Assembly (NCBI GenBank): GCA_018672235.1
Contig: JABHGE010000021.1
Location: 9,118-73,117 of the forward strand
DNA: 64,000 nt
Reading direction: 5' to 3'
From: Fidelibacterota bacterium
Lineage (GTDB): Bacteria; Fidelibacterota; Marinisomatia; Marinisomatales; Marinisomataceae
Below are positions 48,523 through 57,395 of this stretch, in pieces. Every line of letters starts with the position of its first letter. The stretch's first letter is position 1. The translations under genes and the position numbers were made by a program. The notes beneath the pieces were generated by a model. That model ran no database searches and was not told where the DNA came from. It saw nothing but the letters and a program-made list of their open reading frames with translations.

Positions 48523-50358
48523 ATGAATCAATCTTCACATATTCGTCTATTCAAAATCATATTAACCTATTGGCCTTTATTAATTGCCTCTAGTATAGCA
48601 GCCATTATTTTTGTCTTATTTAATAGTGCCTCTATTTGGATAACGGCAACAATGATTAATAACGTATTAATTGATTTCAATGCTCTGGATGCAGAAAACA
48701 GTCGATTGTTGGCATTAGAAAGCTTGTCTGCAAATGAAAAATTAAAATTATTCTCAAATAACTTACTTCTAAAGAAAACAGCAATTGATACAGTTTCAGC
48801 TGTTTGCGTTGCCTTGATAGCAGTATTTACATTTAAAAATATTGCACTATATATCAAGAATATTACCCTATCTATTATTCAGTTTAAGCTTATCAGAGAT
48901 CTCAGAAATAAGTTATATGAACATCTCCACTACTTATCTCTGTCTTATTTTAATAAAAATAAGTCGGGTAAACTGACATCTGTCCTTGTTAGCGATATTG
49001 ATAATATGAAAAATTCATTATCTACTAGTTTTCAGAAATTATTTGTAGAGCCTATCAATATTTTAACATTTTTAATATTGCTTTTTATCATCAGTCCAAA
49101 ATTAGCTAGTATTGCAATAACAGTTGTTCCTTTGAGTGGTGTTATTATTTTTGGTATTGCGAGGAGTATTAGAAGGCGCGCAGCAAGAACCCAAGAACAA
49201 TTAGCAGGGATTACCTCTGTTATAGCTGAAACTCTAGGTTCAATAAGAATTGTTAACGCATTTGCTATGAAAGCATATGAAGTAAAGCGATTCTCTAGTG
49301 AGACACAAAAATATTATAAATTAATGCTTAGAAAAGATATTCTAAGATTAGTCTCATCTCCTGTATCAGAAATTGTGGGAGCATCGATTGCAGCATTATT
49401 ATTATGGGTAGGAGCGCGCGATGTTTTATTGGCTCAGTCTATTACTTCAGAAGATTTTATACGATTTATCCTATTATTATTCAGCTTATTTGGACCAATG
49501 AAAAATCTTAGTAATGTATTTAATGAGTTGCAGAATGGATTAGCATCTGCTGACAGAGTCTTTTCTATTCTAGATGTTAAATCTGATATTACGAATGCTC
49601 CAAGTGCCTTACATATTGATAGCTTAAAAAAAGATATTGTGTTCAAGGATGTAAGTTTCCATTACGGTAATAAAGATGAAGAGGTATTAAGCAATATCAA
49701 CCTTTCTATTAAGTCAGGTGAAATTATAGCACTTGTTGGCCCTAGTGGTGGAGGAAAATCTACTTTAGTAGATTTAATGCCTAGATTTTATGACACTATC
49801 AAGGGATCAATTTCTATAGATAACAATAATATTAAAGATATTGATATTACTTCATTGAGATCATTAATGGGAATTGTCACACAAGAAACATTCTTATTTA
49901 ATGATACTGTAAAAGCTAATATTTCCTATGGAGTAGAATCGATTGGATATGACACGATTAAAGCGGCTGCAGTTGCAGCAAATGCACATGATTTTATTGA
50001 GAAACTTCCTGATGGTTATGACACTGTTATTGGAGAAAGAGGTGTTTCATTATCAGGAGGACAAAGACAACGTGTTGCTATTGCACGTGCGCTAGTCAAG
50101 AACCCACCAATCTTAATTTTAGATGAAGCAACATCTTCATTGGATACAGAATCAGAGAAAAAGGTACAGCAAGCTATTGAAAAATTAATGCGTAATCGTA
50201 CGGTTATTGTAATAGCACATAGGCTCTCTACTGTCCATAATGCAGATAAGATTATTGTCCTTGATAAAGGGAAAATTGTTGATCAAGGTAGTCATCAAGA
50301 GCTAATTAATAGAGACGGTATATATAAACAATTATACAATATGCAATTTCAAACTTAA
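48523..50358 (+). CDS. ABC exporter, fused permease/ATPase (MsbA-like)
   Basis: 611 aa. Six-TM domain. Walker A GPSGGGKST, signature LSGGQRQR, Walker B ILILDEATSSLD. Confidence 0.85.
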   Translation: MNQSSHIRLFKIILTYWPLLIASSIAAIIFVLFNSASIWITATMINNVLIDFNALDAENSRLLALESLSANEKLKLFSNNLLLKKTAIDTVSAVCVALIAVFTFKNIALYIKNITLSIIQFKLIRDLRNKLYEHLHYLSLSYFNKNKSGKLTSVLVSDIDNMKNSLSTSFQKLFVEPINILTFLILLFIISPKLASIAITVVPLSGVIIFGIARSIRRRAARTQEQLAGITSVIAETLGSIRIVNAFAMKAYEVKRFSSETQKYYKLMLRKDILRLVSSPVSEIVGASIAALLLWVGARDVLLAQSITSEDFIRFILLLFSLFGPMKNLSNVFNELQNGLASADRVFSILDVKSDITNAPSALHIDSLKKDIVFKDVSFHYGNKDEEVLSNINLSIKSGEIIALVGPSGGGKSTLVDLMPRFYDTIKGSISIDNNNIKDIDITSLRSLMGIVTQETFLFNDTVKANISYGVESIGYDTIKAAAVAANAHDFIEKLPDGYDTVIGERGVSLSGGQRQRVAIARALVKNPPILILDEATSSLDTESEKKVQQAIEKLMRNRTVIVIAHRLSTVHNADKIIVLDKGKIVDQGSHQELINRDGIYKQLYNMQFQT

Positions 50359-50372
50359 ATTGAGGCACTATT

Positions 50373-51638
50373 ATGGGGAAATTAAAAGAAAATTTAGCAA
50401 AAAAAATACCTGACTGGCGATATAACTATCGACAGCTTCTTGATGAAAAAGGTGACCATGTCACGAGTACAGTCACTATAGAAAAAGCTTTTTCTGGTAT
50501 GCGAGGAGTAAAAGGAATGATATGTGATACTTCATCTGTTACAGCAGATGCTGGATTACATGTTAGAGGTCATCATATACTTGATCTGGTTCATATTAAA
50601 CCAGAAGAAGTTCTTTATTTAATGCTTATTGGAGAATTGCCTAATAAGGAAGAATTAGCAGATCTACAAAAATGTTTACACTCTAGAAGTGAAGTACCAC
50701 AGTATGTTTGGGATGTATTAAATAGCATGCCAAAAGATTCACATCCTATGGCAATGTTTAATACTGCAATTTTAACTATGCAGAAGGAAAGTAAATTTGC
50801 ATCAGCTTACGATTTAGTAGTTTCAAAAAATGACTATTGGGAAACTACTCTTGAAGATGGTTTAAATATTATTGCAAAGCTTCCCGCTATTGCAGCAGGA
50901 ATCTATCGATTAAGATTTGATAAAGGCGAAAGATTAGAGCATGCAGGCTCTGAAGATTGGTCTGAAAGTTTCTTGCAAATGATGGGATTTGAAGAGTCTG
51001 AAGATAGACTAAAAATGATGCAACTCTATTTAATGTTGCACTGCGATCATGAAGGCGGCAATGTCAGCACGTTTAGCGCACTGACAGTTAATTCCGCTTT
51101 GTCTGATCCTTACTATTCTTTATCTGCAGGCCTTAATGGCTTAGCGGGTCCTTTGCATGGATTGGCAAATCAAAATAATTTGAAATTTGTATTAGATATT
51201 GTAAATCATTTTAAGGGAGTGCCAAGCGATAAAGATTTAAAGGCATTTGCTTGGGATCGATTAAACTCAGGAAAAGTAATCCCTGGATATGGCCATGCCG
51301 TATTGAGATGTCCTGATCCAAGATTTACAGCATTTATGGGATTTGGTAAAGATCATATCAATGACAGTGAAGTTTTTGAGGTGGTAACCAAATTATTTGA
51401 TATCATTCCTGATGTATTAAAAGAGCATGGAAAAGCTAAAAATCCATGGCCAAATGTTGATGCCGCTTCTGGATCATTATTACATTACTACGGATTAAAA
51501 GAATTTGAATTCTATACTGTTTTATTCAGCATGTCCAGATCATTGGGTATTGTATCACAGCTGGTATTAAGTCGTGCAATGGGACTTCCATTAACACGAC
51601 CAAAGTCTTTGACCTTTGATGCTTTAAATCAGCTATAA
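50373..51638 (+). CDS. gltA: Citrate synthase (mitochondrial-like type)
   Basis: 421 aa. GMRGVKGM, HCDHEGGNVS, GYGHAVLR. Confidence 0.9.
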   Translation: MGKLKENLAKKIPDWRYNYRQLLDEKGDHVTSTVTIEKAFSGMRGVKGMICDTSSVTADAGLHVRGHHILDLVHIKPEEVLYLMLIGELPNKEELADLQKCLHSRSEVPQYVWDVLNSMPKDSHPMAMFNTAILTMQKESKFASAYDLVVSKNDYWETTLEDGLNIIAKLPAIAAGIYRLRFDKGERLEHAGSEDWSESFLQMMGFEESEDRLKMMQLYLMLHCDHEGGNVSTFSALTVNSALSDPYYSLSAGLNGLAGPLHGLANQNNLKFVLDIVNHFKGVPSDKDLKAFAWDRLNSGKVIPGYGHAVLRCPDPRFTAFMGFGKDHINDSEVFEVVTKLFDIIPDVLKEHGKAKNPWPNVDAASGSLLHYYGLKEFEFYTVLFSMSRSLGIVSQLVLSRAMGLPLTRPKSLTFDALNQL

Positions 51639-51644
51639 GCATTA

Positions 51645-52280
51645 ATGCTAAAAAAGGATAAAGTTCATTTTATTATAAATCATCTTGATAAAATCTACCC
51701 TGAGGTTTCAGCGCCTTTAAAACATTCCAATCATTATACGTTATTAATTGCAGTCTTATTATCAGCAAATACAACCGATAAATCAGTAAATAAAGTAACC
51801 CCAACTCTATTCAGTAAAGCAAATACGCCGCAACAAATGATCACATTAGATTATGATACTATTTATAATATTATTAGGCCATGCGGGTTAGGTCCAGCTA
51901 AGTCAAAAGCAATTTTAGGATTATCCCATATGTTGGTTGATCAATATAACGGAAGAGTTCCTAAAGATTTTGCAGCGTTGGAGTCTTTCCCGGGCGTAGG
52001 TCATAAAACTGCTTCTGTTGTAATGTCTCAAGCATTTGATGTTCCTGCATTTGCTGTTGACACACATGTACATCGATTAATGTACAGGTGGGGGTTATCT
52101 TCAGGTAAGAACGTTAAACAAACAGAAAAAGACGCAAAGAGACTATTCCCAAAAAATAAATGGAGTAAGCTTCATCTTCAAATTATATTCTATGGCAGAG
52201 ATTATTGTACTGCTAAAAATTTTAATCCAGAAAAATGTCCAATCACTTCAGTAGTTGGAAGAAGGTCTTTATTTAGATAA
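51645..52280 (+). CDS. nth: Endonuclease III homolog (HhH-GPD glycosylase)
   Basis: 211 aa. HhH FPGVGHKTASVV. Catalytic region AVDTHVHR. The C-terminal Fe-S loop has only 2 Cys (see findings). Confidence 0.8.
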   Translation: MLKKDKVHFIINHLDKIYPEVSAPLKHSNHYTLLIAVLLSANTTDKSVNKVTPTLFSKANTPQQMITLDYDTIYNIIRPCGLGPAKSKAILGLSHMLVDQYNGRVPKDFAALESFPGVGHKTASVVMSQAFDVPAFAVDTHVHRLMYRWGLSSGKNVKQTEKDAKRLFPKNKWSKLHLQIIFYGRDYCTAKNFNPEKCPITSVVGRRSLFR

Positions 52281-52293
52281 ATTATCTATTCAA

Positions 52294-52719
52294 ATGGGAA
52301 AGAAAAATAATATATATCTAACAAAAGTATTTACTTTTGCAGCAGCGCACCAATATGGAAATGAAAAATGGTCTGAGGAAAAAAACTTAGAAGTGTTTGG
52401 AAAAGACGCGAGAGTGCATGGTCATAATTATACATTACATGTTACGGTTACTGGAGATGTAGATCCAGATACAGGATTTTTAGTAGATCTAGGTCATTTA
52501 AAGACAATTGTAAAGAAGTATGTTGTATCAGTATTAGATCATTCTCAATTTGAAAAAGATATTCCTTGGTTTGAAGGGAAACAACCTTCAATAGAAAATT
52601 TAGTAGTTTTTATTTGGGATACTATTTCTAAGTATTTAGAAGGATGCACTTTGCATCACATTCGCATAGTCGAAACACCGACTATTTATACAGACTATTA
52701 TGGGGGTAATAGTGAATGA
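52294..52719 (+). CDS. queD: 6-carboxytetrahydropterin synthase QueD (PTPS family)
   Basis: About 141 aa from ATG 52294. FTFAAAHQ, RVHGHNYTL. Confidence 0.8.
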   Translation: MGKKNNIYLTKVFTFAAAHQYGNEKWSEEKNLEVFGKDARVHGHNYTLHVTVTGDVDPDTGFLVDLGHLKTIVKKYVVSVLDHSQFEKDIPWFEGKQPSIENLVVFIWDTISKYLEGCTLHHIRIVETPTIYTDYYGGNSE

Positions 52720-53380
52720 TTTTCAAGAAAGATTTTATTTAATTTTAACTGGTATTTTTATTGCATCTCTCGTGGCATGCAATCTTATTTTTCAGAAGTT
52801 TTTTACCTGGAATTTTCTTGGAATGACATTTGAGTTATCTGTGGGTATTATTGCATACCCTGTAACATTCTTAGTGACTGATTTAATTTCTGAGCTTTAT
52901 GGCCAAAAGCGTGCAAATCAAGTAGTGGTATCTGGTTTTTTTGCTAGTATTTTTACAACCTTATTAGTGATGGTTTCTATGAATCCTACTGCCGCAGAAT
53001 GGTCTCCAATAGATAACGAAACATTTACAAAAGTTTTTGGGCTGACTGGTCCTGCCTTTTTTGCATCTATGGTAGCATATTTGACTGCACAATTAATAGA
53101 TGTGAGAATATTTCATTTTTGGAAACGCCTTACTAAAGGAAAACATTTATGGCTTAGAAATAATGCGTCTACGATGTTTTCTCAATTAGTAGATACATCA
53201 GTCATTCTAGTTATTCTTTGTTCAGCTGGTGTTATTGGTTGGGAGCGTTTTTATAGTTTATGGATGATGGGATGGCTATTTAAGGTCTTAGTTGCACTAT
53301 TTGACACCCCAATCATTTATTTTTGTTTATGGGCATTAAAAGATAAAATTCAACCTACAAGTTATTTAGAGGAGCACTAA
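52700..53380 (+). CDS. yhhQ: Queuosine precursor transporter (YhhQ/DUF165, VUT family)
   Basis: 226 aa, multi-[19 protein letters not shown]. Lies between queD and folE. Confidence 0.7.
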   Translation: MGVIVNDFQERFYLILTGIFIASLVACNLIFQKFFTWNFLGMTFELSVGIIAYPVTFLVTDLISELYGQKRANQVVVSGFFASIFTTLLVMVSMNPTAAEWSPIDNETFTKVFGLTGPAFFASMVAYLTAQLIDVRIFHFWKRLTKGKHLWLRNNASTMFSQLVDTSVILVILCSAGVIGWERFYSLWMMGWLFKVLVALFDTPIIYFCLWALKDKIQPTSYLEEH

Positions 53381-53955
53381 TGGAAGAAAAAGATAAAAAA
53401 CATTTAGAAAAAATTACCGAACAACTATTAAAATCTATTGGAGAAGATCCAACCAGGGAAGGATTGTTGAAAACACCACAAAGAGTGGCAAAATCTTGGG
53501 AATTTCTATCGCAAGGATACAACGAAGATCTCGATACATTAATTAATGATGCTATCTTTAACGAATCTGCAAAAGATATGGTCATTGTAAAGAATATAGA
53601 GTTCTACAGTCTTTGTGAACATCACCTTATCCCATTTTACGGAAAAGCACATGTTGCATATATTCCTAATGGAAAAATTATTGGCCTTTCAAAAATTCCA
53701 CGAATTATTGATCATTATTCTAAAAGGTTGCAAGTGCAAGAACGTCTTACCAATCAGATTGCCAATACTATCCAAGATATTTTACAACCCAAAGGAGTGG
53801 CAGTTGTAATGGAAGGTAAGCATTTTTGTATGTTAATGCGCGGAGTTCAAAAACAAAATAGCGTTGCAACAACAAGTGCAATGTTAGGCTCCTTTAAAGA
53901 GAAAGATACCACAAGAAATGAATTCTTAAACTTAGTACAAACAAATAACATATAA
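53380..53955 (+). CDS. folE: GTP cyclohydrolase I (type 1)
   Basis: 191 aa. [35 protein letters not shown]. Confidence 0.9.
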   Translation: MEEKDKKHLEKITEQLLKSIGEDPTREGLLKTPQRVAKSWEFLSQGYNEDLDTLINDAIFNESAKDMVIVKNIEFYSLCEHHLIPFYGKAHVAYIPNGKIIGLSKIPRIIDHYSKRLQVQERLTNQIANTIQDILQPKGVAVVMEGKHFCMLMRGVQKQNSVATTSAMLGSFKEKDTTRNEFLNLVQTNNI

Positions 53956-53972
53956 ACGTAAGAGAGAAACTG

Positions 53973-55271
53973 TTGAATAAGTATGATTTAGTTATTTTAG
54001 GCGGAGGTCCTGGAGGATATAACGCTGCATTTCGTGCTGCTGAATTAGGAAAGAAAGTCGCAATCGTAGATGATAACAACTTAGGAGGCGTCTGTCTTAA
54101 TTGGGGGTGTATTCCAACTAAATCACTATTAAAAAATGCAGAAGCAATGGACCTAATTAATGCATCTGAATTGTATGGTATTTCTGTAAAAGATATTACA
54201 GTAGACTTTAATTTTATTATTAATAAAAGCGTTAAAGCAAGACAGCGCTTATCGCGAGGATTACATCATCAAGTCAAAAAAAATAATATAGATTTTCACG
54301 CAGGATTTGGAACATTTACCGATAAGAATACTATGATAGTTAATGATATATCCATTACTGGAGAAACATTTATTATTGCAACAGGGTCTAAACCAAGAAC
54401 ATTACCCAACTTAGATGCAGATCAGGATAAAATTGTGTATGCAAAAGATATCTTTCAGATGACATCTATTCCTAAATCAATGACAATTATTGGAGCAGGG
54501 GCTATTGGAGTAGAGTTTGCATATTTCTTCAATAGTTTTGGAACTCAGGTGACGCTCATTGAAGCAGAAGAGACTATCCTTCCGCATGAAGACAAAGAAG
54601 TCTCCCATTGGGTTGAAAAAACCTTTAAGAAGAAAAAAATTAATGTTCTAACGAATACTTTAGCTAAAAAAATTGATGATGAAAAAATATTAATCTCAGT
54701 TGGGGTAGAAGGAAATTCTATGGGAATGGGATTAGAAGAATTAGGAATAGAACTGTCTGCCAGTAATCATATTATTGTAGATAAAAATGGAAAAACAAAT
54801 ATTGATAATATCTATGCAGTAGGAGATGTAATTGGTGCACCATGGCTTGCTCATGTTTCTGCAGCAGAAGGTCTTTATGTGGCAGAGCATCTTTGTGGAT
54901 TAAATCCAAGAGAGATTAATTATAATAGTATTCCCGCTTGTACTTATTCAAAACCAGAAGTCGCTTCCATTGGATCTACAGAGCAACAATTAATAGAAGA
55001 TGGAATAGATTTTAAAGTTGCTAAATCATTTTTTATTGCGAACGGAAAAGCGGTTGCTGTGGGGTCCACTGATGGATTTATAAAAATACTAGTTGGAAAG
55101 AATGGACATATTTTAGGCGCACATATTGTGGGATCGAACGCTACAGAAATGATTTCAGAATTCAGTATCATCAAATCAAATAACTTAACAATTGATAGTA
55201 TATTCAATGCTATTCATCCTCACCCTACTTTTTCTGAAGCTATATTTGAAACATTATTACAGTTAAAGTAA
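53973..55271 (+). CDS. lpdA: Dihydrolipoyl dehydrogenase (short form)
   Basis: 432 aa, TTG start. GGGPGGY, redox-active GGVCLNWGCIPTK, C-terminal HPHPTFSE. Confidence 0.8.
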   Translation: MNKYDLVILGGGPGGYNAAFRAAELGKKVAIVDDNNLGGVCLNWGCIPTKSLLKNAEAMDLINASELYGISVKDITVDFNFIINKSVKARQRLSRGLHHQVKKNNIDFHAGFGTFTDKNTMIVNDISITGETFIIATGSKPRTLPNLDADQDKIVYAKDIFQMTSIPKSMTIIGAGAIGVEFAYFFNSFGTQVTLIEAEETILPHEDKEVSHWVEKTFKKKKINVLTNTLAKKIDDEKILISVGVEGNSMGMGLEELGIELSASNHIIVDKNGKTNIDNIYAVGDVIGAPWLAHVSAAEGLYVAEHLCGLNPREINYNSIPACTYSKPEVASIGSTEQQLIEDGIDFKVAKSFFIANGKAVAVGSTDGFIKILVGKNGHILGAHIVGSNATEMISEFSIIKSNNLTIDSIFNAIHPHPTFSEAIFETLLQLK

Positions 55272-55883
55272 ATGGAGATAACTGTCAAAGACTTAGGGCT
55301 ATGTAACTATAGCACAACCCTATCTAAGCAAGAGCTTACACGGGAAAAACTAATTCAGAATAAAGGAAAGAATACTTTATTCTTAGTTGAGCATGATCAT
55401 ATTTACACCCTTGGGAAAAATGCTAATCCTAAAAATATCTTAAAAGATAATTGTGAAATCATTCAAACAGATCGCGGTGGAGATGTTACGTATCATGGTC
55501 CTGGTCAACTAGTAGGTTATCCAATAATAGATCTAAGAAAGACAGAAATGGGAATTAAGTCTTATGTAAAAAATATTGAATCATTACTTATTGCTACGCT
55601 GAATGATTACTCTATCAATGCGCATACAAAAGACAATCAACCTGGAGTATGGATTCAAAATAAAAAGATTGGTAGTATTGGTATTCATGTATCTCGTGGA
55701 GTTACCACCCATGGATTTTCTTTAAATGTAAATACGGATATGAACTATTTTTCTAATATTATTTCTTGTGGGATTGACGATGTTTTAATGACATCCATGG
55801 AGAAAGAACTTGGAACAAATTTTTTTATGAATGATATTAAACAGTCAATTATAAAACATTTTAATCAACTATTTAGAGCATAA
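55272..55883 (+). CDS. lipB: Octanoyltransferase LipB
   Basis: 203 aa. RGGDVTYHGPGQLVGYPI, KIGSIGI. Confidence 0.9.
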   Translation: MEITVKDLGLCNYSTTLSKQELTREKLIQNKGKNTLFLVEHDHIYTLGKNANPKNILKDNCEIIQTDRGGDVTYHGPGQLVGYPIIDLRKTEMGIKSYVKNIESLLIATLNDYSINAHTKDNQPGVWIQNKKIGSIGIHVSRGVTTHGFSLNVNTDMNYFSNIISCGIDDVLMTSMEKELGTNFFMNDIKQSIIKHFNQLFRA

Positions 55884-56749
55884 TGATTCGAGCAGGACTA
55901 CATAAACCAAAAATTAATATTACAACTGATGAAAATTATAAGTCAGTTAAGAGAATGGTGCAAAAAAGTTATCTTAATACTGTTTGCGCTGAAGCAAGAT
56001 GTCCAAATATTTATGAGTGCTGGAGTCGCAAAACAGCTACCTTAATGATCTTGGGAGATACTTGTACTCGAGGATGCGGTTTTTGCTCTATCAAGACAGG
56101 AAAACCTACTTGGGATGACCCTCTTGAACCGTATCGTGTAGCACAAGCAGTACAAAAAATGCAATTAAGGCATGTCGTTATCACGTCGGTAGATCGAGAC
56201 GATCTCAAGGGTGATTATGGTTCTACGATATGGGCACAAACAATTAATACTACTCGAAAATTAAATCCAAAATGTACTATAGAGGTATTAACTCCAGATT
56301 TTCAGGGAAATAAAAAAGCGTTAAAAACAGTATTCGATTCAAAGCCAGATATATTTAGTCATAACGTTGAATGCGTAGAAAGGGTTAGTAAGGGAGTCAG
56401 AGCTCAAGCAAATTGGCAACGCTCACTAGATGTACTTAAAGAGTCAATAGACTATGGACTACGTACTAAAACAGGCATTATGGTTGGATTGGGAGAAACT
56501 GAAAAAGAAGTAAAAGATACTATGGTGCAAATCGCAGATTTAGGAGTACAGATTTTTACAATCGGTCAATATTTGCAACCAACAAAGAAACATTTAAAAG
56601 TAGAAAAATATGTTTCAAAAGAAAAATTTGAAGAATATAAAGTTTTTGGTAAATCAATTGGTTTTAAAATAGTGGAGTCTGGTCCATTAGTGAGAAGTTC
56701 TTATCGCGCAGATGAGCAAGCTCGCACTATATTTAGCAACAATGAATAA
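55883..56749 (+). CDS. lipA: Lipoyl synthase LipA
   Basis: 288 aa. CAEARCPNIYEC and radical-SAM CTRGCGFC. Confidence 0.95.
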   Translation: MIRAGLHKPKINITTDENYKSVKRMVQKSYLNTVCAEARCPNIYECWSRKTATLMILGDTCTRGCGFCSIKTGKPTWDDPLEPYRVAQAVQKMQLRHVVITSVDRDDLKGDYGSTIWAQTINTTRKLNPKCTIEVLTPDFQGNKKALKTVFDSKPDIFSHNVECVERVSKGVRAQANWQRSLDVLKESIDYGLRTKTGIMVGLGETEKEVKDTMVQIADLGVQIFTIGQYLQPTKKHLKVEKYVSKEKFEEYKVFGKSIGFKIVESGPLVRSSYRADEQARTIFSNNE

Positions 56750-57290
56750 AGTTATATTATATGCAGTTATTATTGGTACATGTTTTTTTGTATCCCACAT
56801 ATCTATTAACGGTACGAATGAGTTTATAGGTAGAGAATTGGTAAAAAATATTTCCTATAAATTACCAGATGGATGGGTTGCATCAAGCTCAGATAAACAG
56901 TTTCGCTTATTAGAGATAAACTTAAAAGATAATAGTGATTTTTCGCTCGTCGTATTTAACAATATTCAAGGGACAGCAGATCAGAATATAGATCGTTGGA
57001 TTGGTCAATTCAAACAAGACCAATCATTAAATAAAGACAATATTGTCATTAAAAGAGATAGTTTAGATAGCAAGTATGTTACATCAATTGAAATGTATGG
57101 TACTTATGAAGTTCCTACAATGGGGAACAATACAGCTCCAACAGTTGTTCAATCTAATTATGGCCTCTTAGGAGGAGTTGTAGAATTTCCTAATAGCTTA
57201 TATTTTCTAAAAGCGGTAGGAAATGAGGAGTTAATAAAAGCAAGTTCTATGTCTTTTGAAGAGTTTTTATATTCAATTGAACTAAATTAG
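56742..57290 (+). CDS. Hypothetical secreted protein
   Basis: About 182 aa from ATG 56742 (8-nt overlap with lipA). N-terminal signal-like helix. No recognisable motif. Confidence 0.35.
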   Translation: MNKVILYAVIIGTCFFVSHISINGTNEFIGRELVKNISYKLPDGWVASSSDKQFRLLEINLKDNSDFSLVVFNNIQGTADQNIDRWIGQFKQDQSLNKDNIVIKRDSLDSKYVTSIEMYGTYEVPTMGNNTAPTVVQSNYGLLGGVVEFPNSLYFLKAVGNEELIKASSMSFEEFLYSIELN

Positions 57291-57395
57291 CAGACTTTAT
57301 TGCCATTTTGGCATGGTTTTGATGAATTTTTATAGTTTTAGGTTATATTTGATATAAGGCATAGTTTTTGCATCAATAGTAGTAGGAAAAAAAAT

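Noticed and set aside
57301-57330. Sigma54-like TGGCA element or palindrome TGCCA-TTT-TGGCA upstream of lon
   Set aside because: No TTGC -12 element lies at the correct spacing. The 5-bp palindrome followed by a short T-run is more simply a weak terminator of the upstream ORF.
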